Assembly: GCA_902784565.1 (NCBI GenBank)
Contig: CACZVE010000013.1
Span: forward strand, 1,258 to 65,257
Length of the DNA stretch: 64,000 bases
Reading direction: 5' to 3'
From: an uncultured Prevotellaceae bacterium
GTDB taxonomy: Bacteria; Bacteroidota; Bacteroidia; Bacteroidales; Bacteroidaceae
The notes beneath the pieces are model-generated. The model saw only the letters and a list, made by a program, of their open reading frames with translations, made no database searches and had not been told where the DNA came from. Shown here piece by piece: positions 24,801 to 34,435 of the stretch (positions are counted from its first letter, which is position 1; each line of letters begins with the position of its first letter). The translations under genes and the position numbers were made by a program.

Positions 24801-27351
24801 TCTTGTCATTGGCGACAATACTGTAGACGATATGCACATCCTTGTCTGACGAGCCCACCTGAACGGTGACAGGCGTCCCGTCTTCCGGGAACTGCATATG
24901 CGATACCCATATCCAGTCGTCGGTCTCTGTGGCTGGCTTAGTATCTTCTACGGAGAACACCACGAAGTCCTGCTTCAATGTGTCGCCTTCGCAGATTGCC
25001 TCTACGGTATGCTTACCGCTCTTCAGGCGCATTTCTGACAGTTCAATCTTCTTCTGCGTCGGCCAATCCCACCACCTTCGATTGTCATCTATCCTGTATT
25101 TCACACTGGCATCGATATCCTTGCCTGCGGCATTACGCAGATGGAAGGTCATCGTGGGATTCTTCTCCAACAGCACCTTATCATCAAGATCGACACTCAG
25201 TGCTGTCTTACGGTTACCCAACGGCAACGAGAACTGTTCCGTGTGGGACTCACCAGCCGTATCCGTCACATCTGCTACCACAACAAAGTTGAAGAACAAC
25301 GGATGCTCACTCTCCGGGATAATCATCGGCATCTTCACGACGAAGGAACCGTCAGCCTCTGTCACAGTCTCCCCGCTGAACACCTCTTCGTTATTACTTC
25401 CTATGCCAATAACCCCCATATCATAGTAGCGCATAGACTGCCACCACCAGAAGGCCACCCTGCGCTCTACCCGATATTCCACTTCGGCTCCCTGAACGGG
25501 GACGCCGGCGTATGTAAGGGCTTTGCCTCGAACCTCCACCGTGTCACCTGCCTCGTAGTGCTGCTTCACATCAGGGAACTCCACCTTGAAGGTAGGACGC
25601 TTGTATTCCTCGACTCTGAAATAGACAGTTTGGTTGTTCACCCGGATACTGTACCCTCCCGTCAGTCCTGTGGAAGGCAACGTGAAATCGACGGCACACA
25701 CACCGTATGCATCCGTCCGGGCCGTCTCTTTCTTCACCTCTTTCCTGTTGGCGTCGAGCAGAGAGAATGTCAACAGCCTCCCTTGGATGACATCGTGCTT
25801 ATAGCCGTCTATCACCTTATACATCATCGCTGCTGCGTGTACCGTCTGTCCAGGACGGTAGATGGCCCTGTCGGTAAACACATCCGTACGCTCCGGATTA
25901 TAGTTGTCTTCAGAATACCTGTATCGGTTGGCGACATTCATCTCCGGACAGGCCTTGTCGTCGTCGGTATAGGCAAACACCTCGCAACGTCCGTTGTGCT
26001 TGCTCTTGTAGAGATACTCTCCGTTGGCATCCGTCCGCACATTCGAGGTGTCGTACTTATTATAGGATACGTACTCCTCGATTCGCAGATGGGCATTGGC
26101 AATGGGTTGACCTGTGGTGGCACTGACCACCACATAACGGGTCGTCTTATCAGGCAGACTCTCTGCCATCGTATAGACATCCGTCACGAAATAGAGTTGA
26201 CGGATAGTCTCTGTAGAGGGATTCGTGGAGAACTCCAGCATATAGACGCCCACGGGCAGCCCTTCGAGCGTCAGGGAGTCCTTGAAGATGTCGTAAGGCT
26301 GCTTGCCTGTATAGACACGTTCCACCTTCACAGAGGTCTCACTCAACAGGGGTTTGATCTTCTTATAACCCTCTTCATAGTTCGGACGGATATTGATATC
26401 GCCATCGGCCTTCACCTTATAAACCTTCATCAGCACCGAAGACACGTTGCGCAACTCTTCCAACTTGATCTGCATCTCCTGCATCGGCTGGTTCACCTGA
26501 AGGTCGTAGGCCACACGGTACTGGGAGTTGATAAGACTGCTTTTCTCATTACGAAGAGTGTTCATGCGTTTCCACCCGCCCCAGCGTTTCAGGGCATTGT
26601 CGATATAACGTACCTTCTCTTCTGCCGTCACATCCCTTTTGGTGAGACGATAACGGACCAGAGCCAGTTCACCGGCCTCAGGCAGGTCGCCATAGAGTTC
26701 CATCAATGAGTCCAGTTTGTCGGCATGCCCCGCATCCCATTCGTACACCTTGGCAGCCACCACACAAGTCGCAGCCCGGTTGCCTGCCTTCTGATAGTAT
26801 TGATACAGGGGTTCGTAGTCGTCCAGTTCATATCCCACCACACTGAGCATGTCGTGGTCGAAGATCTTACTATCAGCCCCTTCTTTCACGAAGGGATCGT
26901 AGGTCTTGTCCTTCACTTGGGCAAGTTTCCGGCAAAGATCTTCCGTCAGTTCCGGCTTCTTGTATGCCGGTTCGCTGGCACCCTTGCCGGGTGTCACAAA
27001 CATCATGATATTGTTGTTGTATACCTTGTAGAGCACCGTCTGGTAGATGGTCTTCAACACCACATCCGTTGTCTCCTCAGCATGCTGACTGATACGTTCC
27101 ATCGCAGGCTTCAGCGAGTCGGGAGCAATGGATGTCATCGCCTGAGCACTGGCGAGTTCAGCCTCCAACAATTGTCCGTAGGCTTTCTCCTTCGTTGCTT
27201 TCTTCACAATCTTCTGCAATACCTCGTATTGGGTCTTTGGCAGGTCTTTGTCTCCAGCCTCACGTACTTTCTTCCATAGGTCACTGTATGTCTGTCCAAA
27301 TAATGCAAACGGCATAACTAACGAAATTAAAAAGACTAGATACTTCTTCAT
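21826..27351 (-). CDS. Alpha-2-macroglobulin family protein
   Basis: FTDRAIYRPGQTV, FRVEEYKRPTF, IRENLNETAFFYPQL, FTLPESLTTWR, QCAYAPEF; start set to MKKYLVF. Confidence 0.95.
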   Translation of the reverse strand: MKKYLVFLISLVMPFALFGQTYSDLWKKVREAGDKDLPKTQYEVLQKIVKKATKEKAYGQLLEAELASAQAMTSIAPDSLKPAMERISQHAEETTDVVLKTIYQTVLYKVYNNNIMMFVTPGKGASEPAYKKPELTEDLCRKLAQVKDKTYDPFVKEGADSKIFDHDMLSVVGYELDDYEPLYQYYQKAGNRAATCVVAAKVYEWDAGHADKLDSLMELYGDLPEAGELALVRYRLTKRDVTAEEKVRYIDNALKRWGGWKRMNTLRNEKSSLINSQYRVAYDLQVNQPMQEMQIKLEELRNVSSVLMKVYKVKADGDINIRPNYEEGYKKIKPLLSETSVKVERVYTGKQPYDIFKDSLTLEGLPVGVYMLEFSTNPSTETIRQLYFVTDVYTMAESLPDKTTRYVVVSATTGQPIANAHLRIEEYVSYNKYDTSNVRTDANGEYLYKSKHNGRCEVFAYTDDDKACPEMNVANRYRYSEDNYNPERTDVFTDRAIYRPGQTVHAAAMMYKVIDGYKHDVIQGRLLTFSLLDANRKEVKKETARTDAYGVCAVDFTLPSTGLTGGYSIRVNNQTVYFRVEEYKRPTFKVEFPDVKQHYEAGDTVEVRGKALTYAGVPVQGAEVEYRVERRVAFWWWQSMRYYDMGVIGIGSNNEEVFSGETVTEADGSFVVKMPMIIPESEHPLFFNFVVVADVTDTAGESHTEQFSLPLGNRKTALSVDLDDKVLLEKNPTMTFHLRNAAGKDIDASVKYRIDDNRRWWDWPTQKKIELSEMRLKSGKHTVEAICEGDTLKQDFVVFSVEDTKPATETDDWIWVSHMQFPEDGTPVTVQVGSSDKDVHIVYSIVANDKIIETGAVDKSNELINRKFIYKEEYDDGVTINFAWVKNGKCYHHEENITRPMPFKQLKLEWSTFRDRLTPGQEEEWTLTVKHVDGTPADAMLMATLYDQSLDQLSKHQWRFFPYIQLRLPSVQWSFPTRYGVSIMGAHAWTRLSDKDFIPSHFDGDVFPSWHSVGYVGINSKRRVRGAAVLESRAMGAGLPIVEEMAVLDEAAVAKVATVESPSMQNAVTGIDSGVEETRIAGSDMVRQDMEEKEPPVQIRENLNETAFFYPQLTTDAEGRVAVKFTLPESLTTWRFMGFAHTKDMYYGMLEGSAVAQKEVMIQPNMPRFIREGDEATITARIFNTSDHDISGKATLRLINPETDAVVYEQTEPFALGAGATTTASFRMSFDKAPSSLLICQVTARGEGFSDGEQHYLPLLPATERVLVTVPFTQIEPGTKTIDLSQLIPVDGTNGKLTMEYTNNPAWLMIQTLPYIGKPIDDDVISQATSYYANSIGQYLIDQNPKAKTAFELWQQEKGDETSLMSALEKNQDLKELVLSETPWVLDADGEAEQKQRLADFFDTNTMQQRLSSALDKMRKLQQTEGSWSWWPDMPGSFYMTVAVSEMLVRLNALTGTKPQTNEMLNGAFRFMGNEVVDMVKEMKKQAKKGYKPGFPSLKTLQWLYLCTLDGRTLPSDVQAANDYLMPLLKKEIKNQSIYEKALTAIILSKTEPKRSLEYVKSLKEYTVYREEMGRYYDTPRAGYSWCDYKIPTQTMVIEALQRLTPDDQQTIQEMQRWLLQSKRTQVWDTPINSVNAVYAFLNGTPLLLSADNATITVDAKPLEMPKTTAAIGYVKAPVPVESKTLTVDKTSDGTSWGAVYAQFTQPTKSVADQSSGLKVTREIVTNGNAPLSVGDRVTIRITIEADRDYDFVQVVDKRAACLEPVKQMSGYYRGSYCTPRDYSTNYYFDMMSKGTHVIENEYFIDRPGVYETGTCTVQCAYAPEFHGTTHSLTLEVKSEK

Positions 27352-27566
27352 CGTTTTGTTGTTTTTTGATTCAACTATGCAAAGGTAGCGAATTTCTTTG
27401 AATAACATTTGGAATTTATGAAATATTATATTATCTTGAATTTCATTCGAAGAAAACTTATTCTCTTTCTCATATATTGTACTGAAATGTAAATCGTCTG
27501 TTCAGCAAGCCCTCTATCAGACTGACTTCGGTTTTGCTCATCATCAATTCGGTCTTTATCTATATA

Positions 27567-27593
27567 TACGCAGAAAAGCGTGAAAACATTGCA
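27567..27593 (-). promoter_or_regulatory. Candidate ECF-sigma-type promoter facing the macroglobulin gene
   Basis: TGCAAT-N17-CGTA on minus strand. Confidence 0.35.
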
Positions 27594-27786
27594 ATAAGGA
27601 TGTTTTTTCAATAAAAGGCAGAAGATTGCGGACATGTCATCACAAGGGTTAGAAAACGTGAACTGAATAGTAAACAAAGAAAAACAAAGTGAAATCATAA
27701 GGGTCGGAGCAGATGGAATAAAAAAGTTGGATACAGTTTGGAAGTTACAAATAAAGTTCGTATCTTTGCACCAAATTGCAACATTT

Positions 27787-29847
27787 ATGATTAACCAAGA
27801 ACTACTAAACCCCCAGAGCATCGTCGTGATCGGCGGCTCTAACAACGTACACAAGCCCGGTGGCTCTATCGTACGAAACCTAATTAGTGGCTGTTATGCC
27901 GGCGAATTGCGTATCGTGAATCCAAAAGAAGACGAGGTGCAGGGCATCAAGGCATTCCACGATGCCAGGGAATTGCCCCCCACCGAACTGGCCATCCTCG
28001 TGGTGGCAGCCCGGTTCTGTCCCGACTACGTGGAACTACTCGCCAAGGAGAAGCAGACACGGGCCTTCATCATCATCTCTGCCGGATTCGGCGAGGAGAC
28101 GAAGGCTGGAGCAGAACTCGAGCAGAGGATTCTCGACACCTGTGAACAGTATGGGGCGGCACTCATCGGTCCCAACTGCATCGGCCTGTTGAACCGCAAC
28201 CACCACAGTGTCTTCACCCTCCCCATCCCGAATCTGCACCCCAGCGGGGCCGACTTCGTCAGTGGCTCCGGTGCCACGGCGGTATTCATCTTGGAGAGTG
28301 CCGTTATCAAGGGGCTGCGGTTTAATAGCGTGTGGAGCATCGGCAACGGCAAGCAGATCGGCATTGAGGATGTACTGCAGTATTTTGACGAGCACTTCAA
28401 CCCCGAGACGGATTCGAAAGTGAAACTACTCTATGTTGAGAATATCAGCAATCCTGACAAACTACTCTTTCACGCCAGTAACCTGATTAAGAAGGGCTGT
28501 CGCATTGCCGCCATCAAGGCGGGTTCCAGTGAAAGCGGTTCCCGTGCGGCATCGTCGCATACGGGTGCCATCGCTTCCTCGGATTCTGCCGTCGAGGCTC
28601 TGTTCCGTAAGGCTGGCATCGTACGCTGTTTCTCCCGTGAGGAACTCACCACTGTGGGGTGTATCTTCACCCTGCCGCCACTCAATGGCAAGAACTTTGC
28701 CATCGTCACCCATGCCGGAGGCCCCGGTGTAATGCTCACGGATGCCCTCTCGAAAGGTGGACTCAACGTGCCTCATATCGAAGGCCCCGTTGCCGATGAA
28801 CTAAAGACGCAGTTGTTTGCGGGTTCATCGGTGGCGAACCCCATCGACTTCCTCGCCACGGGAACGGCAGAACAACTGGGTACCATCATCGACTATTGTG
28901 ATAACAAATTCGATAATATCGATGCCATCGCCGTCATCTACGGCACACCGGGACTCACCCAACTCTACGAGGCCTACGGTGTGTTGGATCAAAAGATTAA
29001 AGAATGTAAGAAGCCGATCTTCCCCGTCCTGCCCAGTCTGCATACCGCAGGCGCCGAGGTGGCAGAGTTCCTGGCAAAGGGACATGTAAACTTCAGTGAC
29101 GAGGTGACATTGGCAACGGCGCTCTCTCAGATTATGCGCACTCCGAAACCCGCACCGCCTGAGGTACAACTCTACGGTATCGACATACCCCGGCTCCATA
29201 AGATTATCTCAGGCATCAAAGACAATGGCTACGTTCCGCCGCAGACCGTACGCGAAATCCTCTCCTGTGCCGGTATCCCCCTCGTACCGGAGATGGTAAG
29301 TACATCGAAGGAAGAACTGACGACCTTTGCGGCGAAGGTGGGCTATCCTGTTGTTGCCAAAGTAGTGGGTCCTGTGCATAAGAGTGATGTGGGCGGTGTG
29401 GCTCTGAACATCCGAACAGCAGAGCATCTCACCTTGGAGTTCGACCGCATGATGCAGATACCCGATGCCACCAGTGTGATGGTTCAGAAAATGCTGCGCG
29501 GCACAGAACTCTTCATCGGTGCCAAGTACGAGGAGCGCTTCGGACATGTCATCCTTTGCGGACTCGGCGGCATTTTCGTCGAGGTACTGAAGGATGTATC
29601 CTCTGGTCTGGCGCCCCTGAGTTATGGCGAAGCCTATTCGATGATCCACTCCCTGCGGGGCTATAAGATATTAAAAGGTACACGCGGCCAGAAAGGCATC
29701 AATGAAGAGAAATATGCCGAGATCATCGTACGTCTCTCCACTCTGCTCCGCTTCGCCACGGAAATCAAGGAGATGGATATCAACCCATTGCTTGCTGACG
29801 GTAGTGACATTGTCGCCGTCGATGCCCGAATCCTCATTGAGAAATAA
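27787..29847 (+). CDS. ADP-forming acetate/acyl-CoA ligase family protein (alpha-beta fusion)
   Basis: IGPNCIG, AASSHTGA, NPIDF, HKSDVGGV, EMDINPL; promoter TTTG-N20-TATCTTTG at 27737-27768. Confidence 0.93.
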   Translation: MINQELLNPQSIVVIGGSNNVHKPGGSIVRNLISGCYAGELRIVNPKEDEVQGIKAFHDARELPPTELAILVVAARFCPDYVELLAKEKQTRAFIIISAGFGEETKAGAELEQRILDTCEQYGAALIGPNCIGLLNRNHHSVFTLPIPNLHPSGADFVSGSGATAVFILESAVIKGLRFNSVWSIGNGKQIGIEDVLQYFDEHFNPETDSKVKLLYVENISNPDKLLFHASNLIKKGCRIAAIKAGSSESGSRAASSHTGAIASSDSAVEALFRKAGIVRCFSREELTTVGCIFTLPPLNGKNFAIVTHAGGPGVMLTDALSKGGLNVPHIEGPVADELKTQLFAGSSVANPIDFLATGTAEQLGTIIDYCDNKFDNIDAIAVIYGTPGLTQLYEAYGVLDQKIKECKKPIFPVLPSLHTAGAEVAEFLAKGHVNFSDEVTLATALSQIMRTPKPAPPEVQLYGIDIPRLHKIISGIKDNGYVPPQTVREILSCAGIPLVPEMVSTSKEELTTFAAKVGYPVVAKVVGPVHKSDVGGVALNIRTAEHLTLEFDRMMQIPDATSVMVQKMLRGTELFIGAKYEERFGHVILCGLGGIFVEVLKDVSSGLAPLSYGEAYSMIHSLRGYKILKGTRGQKGINEEKYAEIIVRLSTLLRFATEIKEMDINPLLADGSDIVAVDARILIEK

Positions 29848-29895
29848 TACTAACAATATTATCTTGCTGATTGGTAACACTATTCTCATAAAGAT

Positions 29896-32325
29896 TTGGA
29901 ATTATCAGATTTCGACGACCAGCACCGCGAGTATGTCATCACAGACCCGCAGACCCCTTGGCCCTGGATAAACTACTTAGGCAACGAGGACTTTTTCTCA
30001 CTCATCAGTAACACCGCAGGTGGCTATTCCTTCTATAAGGATGCCAAGTTCCGTCGCATCACACGTTATCGCTACAACAACGTACCGATGGACAATGGTG
30101 GACGATACTTTTATATCAAAGAAGGCGACACTGTCTGGAACCCAGGTTGGAAGCCTTGTAAGACCCCACTCGACTTCTACGAGTGTCGTCACGGTATGAG
30201 TTACACCCGTATCACAGGTCGCAAGAACGGCGTGGAAGCCTCTGTGCTCTTCTTCGTGCCGTTGAAGAAATGGTGCGAGGTGCAGAAACTCACATTAAAG
30301 AACGAGTCGTCTGAGGTAAAGCATCTGAAACTCTTCTCCTTCGAGGAATGGTGCCTGTGGAATGCTGCCACAGATATGGAGAACTTCCAAAGGAATTTCT
30401 CGACAGGTGAGGTAGAGATTGAAGGCTCGACAATCTATCATAAGACAGAGTATCGCGAGCGTCGTAACCACTATGCTTTCTATCATGTGAATGCCCCCAT
30501 CCAGGGCTTCGACACCGATCGTGAAACCTTCGTAGGACTTTACAACGAGTTTGCCAATCCTGATGCTGTCATGGAGGGTAAGCCTCGTAACAGCCATGCA
30601 CACGGTTGGAGTCCCATCGCCTCGCACTATATCGAGGTGACACTGCAACCAGGCGAGTCGAAGGACTTCGTGTTCCTCCTCGGCTATATCGAAAACGAAC
30701 AGGACAAGAAGTTTGAAAAGCCTCAAGTTATCAATAAGGACAAAGCCCATGCCCTCATCGCAGAACTCGACACCACCGCCAAGGTGGATAAGGCCTTCGC
30801 TGAACTCTGCACCTACTGGGATGCTCTCCTAAATATTTATAAGGTAAAGACGGGCAACGACAAACTGGACCGTATGGTGAACATCTGGAACCAGTACCAG
30901 TGTATGGTCACCTTCAACTTCTCCCGCTCAGCCTCGTTCTTCGAGAGTGGCGTGGGTCGTGGCATGGGCTTCCGCGACAGCAACCAGGACCTCGTGGGCT
31001 TCGTACATCAGATACCCCCACGTGCCCGTCAGCGTATCATCGACATCGCTTCGACGCAGTTCCCCGATGGTGGCTGCTATCACCAGTACCAGCCCCTCAC
31101 CAAACGCGGTAACAACGATATCGGTGGTGGTTTCAACGACGACCCCTGCTGGCTTATCTTCGGTACTGTAGCGTATATCAAGGAGACAGGCGACTTCTCT
31201 ATTCTCGACGAGATGGTGCCCTTCGACAACCAGCCCGGCTCTGAGGTAACCCTCTTCGAGCACTTGAGAATCTCGATGGATCACGTTATCAAGAACCTGG
31301 GTCCCCACATGTTGCCATTGATTGGTCGTGCCGACTGGAACGACTGCCTCAACCTGAACTGTTTCTCTTGGGATCCTAACGAAAGTTTCCAGACCACCGA
31401 GAATGTCAGCGAAGGCACCAAGGCAGAATCACTGATGATTGCTGGTCTTTTTGTCGTCACAGGGAAGGACTACGTGGCCCTCTGTAAGAAGATTGGCAAG
31501 ACTGACGAGGCTGCGCGTATGCAGGCTGCTGTCGATGCCATGATTGACGCTGTGAAGAAGCACGGCTGGGATGGTGAGTGGTATCTCCGCGCCTACGATT
31601 TCTATGGACGCAAGATTGGTTCCCACGAATGCGAGGAAGCCAAGATCTTCATCGAGTCGCAGGGCTGGTGTACGATGGCTGAGATCGGTGCCGAGGACGG
31701 CTTAGTGGCCAAGAGCCTCGACTCCTGCAAGAAGTACCTCGAATGCGAACATGGTATGGTGCTCAACAACCCAGCTTTCACCAAGTACATCTATGAATAC
31801 GGTGAGATCTCGTCATATCCCGAGGGCTACAAGGAGAACGCAGGTATCTTCTGCCACAACAATCCTTGGGTCATCATCGGTGAGTGTATCGCAGGTCGAG
31901 GCAACGATGCCTGGAGCCATTATGCCAAGATCCTACCCTCGTATGTGGAGGAGAAATACCAGACGCTGCACAAGGTGGAGCCCTACGTGAACTGTCAGAT
32001 GGTAGCCGGAAAGGATGCCTACAAACCCGGTGAGGGTAAGAACTCCTGGCTCACGGGTACTGCTGCCTGGATGTGGTACACCGTCTCGGAGTTCATCCTC
32101 GGCATCAAGCCCGACTACGACGGCATCCGTATCGATCCCTGTCTGCCAGAGACAGCCACCGACTACACCGTCCAGCGTAAGTTCCGCGAGGCAGAATACA
32201 CCATCACCATCCACCCCAACGGTGCACAGAAAGGCGTGAAATCCATCACCCTCGATGGTGCCAAGGTCGATGGTACGGTGATCCCCTACTCCGCTGGCAA
32301 GCACACCGTAGAGGTCACGATGTAA
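29896..32325 (+). CDS. GH94 cellobiose phosphorylase-like glycoside phosphorylase (atypical 5' end)
   Basis: [43 protein letters not shown]. Confidence 0.92.
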   Translation: MELSDFDDQHREYVITDPQTPWPWINYLGNEDFFSLISNTAGGYSFYKDAKFRRITRYRYNNVPMDNGGRYFYIKEGDTVWNPGWKPCKTPLDFYECRHGMSYTRITGRKNGVEASVLFFVPLKKWCEVQKLTLKNESSEVKHLKLFSFEEWCLWNAATDMENFQRNFSTGEVEIEGSTIYHKTEYRERRNHYAFYHVNAPIQGFDTDRETFVGLYNEFANPDAVMEGKPRNSHAHGWSPIASHYIEVTLQPGESKDFVFLLGYIENEQDKKFEKPQVINKDKAHALIAELDTTAKVDKAFAELCTYWDALLNIYKVKTGNDKLDRMVNIWNQYQCMVTFNFSRSASFFESGVGRGMGFRDSNQDLVGFVHQIPPRARQRIIDIASTQFPDGGCYHQYQPLTKRGNNDIGGGFNDDPCWLIFGTVAYIKETGDFSILDEMVPFDNQPGSEVTLFEHLRISMDHVIKNLGPHMLPLIGRADWNDCLNLNCFSWDPNESFQTTENVSEGTKAESLMIAGLFVVTGKDYVALCKKIGKTDEAARMQAAVDAMIDAVKKHGWDGEWYLRAYDFYGRKIGSHECEEAKIFIESQGWCTMAEIGAEDGLVAKSLDSCKKYLECEHGMVLNNPAFTKYIYEYGEISSYPEGYKENAGIFCHNNPWVIIGECIAGRGNDAWSHYAKILPSYVEEKYQTLHKVEPYVNCQMVAGKDAYKPGEGKNSWLTGTAAWMWYTVSEFILGIKPDYDGIRIDPCLPETATDYTVQRKFREAEYTITIHPNGAQKGVKSITLDGAKVDGTVIPYSAGKHTVEVTM

Positions 32326-32332
32326 CTACAAT

Positions 32333-32363
32333 GAACCCCGAAAGTCGATAGCTTTCGGGGTTC
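32333..32363. terminator. Bidirectional terminator
   Basis: gaaccccgaaag-tcgatag-ctttcggggttc followed by T-run. Confidence 0.85.
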
Positions 32364-32371
32364 TTTTCAAA

Positions 32372-33826
32372 TTACTTTTTATCAATGCGTTTGGACAGGC
32401 CGATGGCACCGGCAGGGCAGACGATGCGACAGAGATGACAGCCGACACATTTGGTGCCGACGATGTGAGGTTGACGTGTGGCTTTATCGAAAGTAATAGC
32501 CTGATGACCACCATCGCGACAAGACAGTTCACAACGTCCGCAGCCCACACACCGCTCACGATCGATCTTCGGATAGACGATTGTCGTACGGTCCAGATCG
32601 GAAGGTGTGGTAAACGATGATAGTTCTGAGCCCACCAGATCGCTCAACTGACGGACACCGCGCTTCGCCATATAACGCTGCAAGCCCAATATCAGGTCGT
32701 CGATGATGCGATAGCCGTATTGCATCACCGCCGTACAGACCTGCACATTGCTACATCCCAACTGGATGAACTCCAAGGCATCGCGCCAAGTCTCGATGCC
32801 TCCGATACCACTCAACTGGATACCTTTCATGACCTGATTCTGCGCCATGTCCAGAATACAACGCAGGGCGATGGGTTTCACGGCACGACCCGAATAGCCG
32901 GAGATGGTGCGTTGTCCTGACACCTCAGCCTCATCAGCCATCGTAACCGACTTGATGGTGTTGATGGCAGAGATGGCATCAGCACCGGCAAAGAAGGCTG
33001 CCAGAGCAGGATGATAGATATGTGTGATGTTGGGTGTCATCTTCGGAATGACGGGTATCTTCACGGCTTTCTTAACAGCAAAGGTGTAGGTGACCACCAG
33101 TTCAGCATTTTGTCCTACATCGCTGCCCATACCTGTCATCTTCATCTGGGGACATGAGAAGTTCAATTCGACGGCATCACAGCCAGCCTGCTCGGCTCGT
33201 TGGGCCAGTTCTATCCATTGCTCCTCAGTTTGTCCCATAATGCTGGCTATAACGACCTTCGAGGGATAGTCCTCTTTGAGTCGGTGCAAGATGTCGAAAT
33301 CCATATCGACAGGATTCTCGCTCAACTGCTCCATATTGCGGAAACCATAGAAATCGCCATGCAGGCCATTGCAGTGAACGGCATCAAAACGGGGCGACAC
33401 CTCCTTGATTTCCTGTAAGCAGATGGTCTTATAGAACACACCGCCCCACCCTGCCTCAAAGGCACGCGCCACCATCTCGTGGTTGGTACACACCGCTGAG
33501 GAGGCCAGGAAAAAGGGGTTCTCACAGTGGATGCCGCAGAAATCGATTTCCAAACTGGGATAGTCGGCAGTGACATCGTCGGGACTAATGCTGCGAAGTA
33601 ACTCCTTCAACGGGATGGGCCCGTCGAAGCGGATGCAAGCCTGCTCGGCAGCCTTCAAGTCGGCATCGCTACACTCAGCCACCCACCGCGTAGCCAGTTT
33701 GTGGTTGTCAAAACGGATGGCACGAATGGCTCTCGCAGGGTCGCCCGTCTTACACGCTATCGTACAAGGCGCCTCCTGACACATCAGGCACCTGTTGGCC
33801 TCTTCGTAAATATTGATTCGTTTCAA
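32372..33826 (-). CDS. preA: Dihydropyrimidine dehydrogenase PreA-type subunit with N-terminal PreT-like Fe-S fragment
   Basis: EANRCLMCQEAPC..AC N-terminus; ELNFSCP, KMTPNIT, SGRAVKPIAL; two C-terminal CxxCxxC ferredoxin motifs; TTG start. Confidence 0.85.
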   Translation of the reverse strand: MKRINIYEEANRCLMCQEAPCTIACKTGDPARAIRAIRFDNHKLATRWVAECSDADLKAAEQACIRFDGPIPLKELLRSISPDDVTADYPSLEIDFCGIHCENPFFLASSAVCTNHEMVARAFEAGWGGVFYKTICLQEIKEVSPRFDAVHCNGLHGDFYGFRNMEQLSENPVDMDFDILHRLKEDYPSKVVIASIMGQTEEQWIELAQRAEQAGCDAVELNFSCPQMKMTGMGSDVGQNAELVVTYTFAVKKAVKIPVIPKMTPNITHIYHPALAAFFAGADAISAINTIKSVTMADEAEVSGQRTISGYSGRAVKPIALRCILDMAQNQVMKGIQLSGIGGIETWRDALEFIQLGCSNVQVCTAVMQYGYRIIDDLILGLQRYMAKRGVRQLSDLVGSELSSFTTPSDLDRTTIVYPKIDRERCVGCGRCELSCRDGGHQAITFDKATRQPHIVGTKCVGCHLCRIVCPAGAIGLSKRIDKK

Positions 33827-33838
33827 GGCTGTACTCCG

Positions 33839-34222
33839 TTAAATCGTAATTTCTATCAGATTGTCCTCAACACCCTTGATGGTGCTCTCATAGAAGCCGT
33901 CGCCAGTGGCACGAGGCTCACATTCCACATGGTAACCCTCGGCTTCGAGGCGTTCTGTCAGGTCATCGACTTTTTCCTTACTGCCTACGGAGATAGACAG
34001 GTGGGCGTAACCGGTGCGGTTGGGTTTCTTCGTATAGTCCAACATGACAGGACGGTTCATCAACTCTAGTTTTGATCCATCGTCGAAGGTCATGAAATAA
34101 GAACGGAAACCCGTCATGGGGTTGTGGTACTTGTCGCTCGACTTCGCCTCAAAATACCTGACGAAGAAATCCCTTGCAGCCTCAAGGTCATTGACATACA
34201 TTGCAATGTGATTGATTCTCAT
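33839..34222 (-). CDS. VOC/glyoxalase family protein
   Basis: INHIAMYV.DLE, GYAHL, PR.TGDGFYES, NLIEI. Confidence 0.92.
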   Translation of the reverse strand: MRINHIAMYVNDLEAARDFFVRYFEAKSSDKYHNPMTGFRSYFMTFDDGSKLELMNRPVMLDYTKKPNRTGYAHLSISVGSKEKVDDLTERLEAEGYHVECEPRATGDGFYESTIKGVEDNLIEITI

Positions 34223-34329
34223 ATCGTTTTGTTTTTAGTTTTCAATTGACAAAGATAGTCAAAAAGATTCTAAATGATGCTTTGGGACGTCAAAAATTAA
34301 GATTGTTTATGAATAAACGGGAAATGATA

Positions 34330-34392
34330 CTGACGAAAAGGCAGAGGACTCTGACGATTTGTCTGATAATAGCATTACGGCATACTCTTTGA
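34330..34392 (+). promoter_or_regulatory. Candidate sigma54-like promoter and paired dyad sites upstream of clpB
   Basis: ctgacgaaaaggcag (34330) and ctgacgatttgtctg (34351); GGCA-tactc-TTTGA at 34379-34392. Confidence 0.45.
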
Positions 34393-34435
34393 GCGACAAC
34401 AATCAGTAACATTTTAATTAAAGGAGGAATGACTT

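Noticed and set aside
27426-27854. 142-aa minus-strand ORF
   Set aside because: Crosses a promoter, overlaps the ligase antisense, and has non-protein-like composition
27407-29903. ATTTGGAATT direct repeat as target-site duplication around the ligase
   Set aside because: AT-rich 10-mer resembling ordinary -33 promoter context; no transposase or terminal repeats
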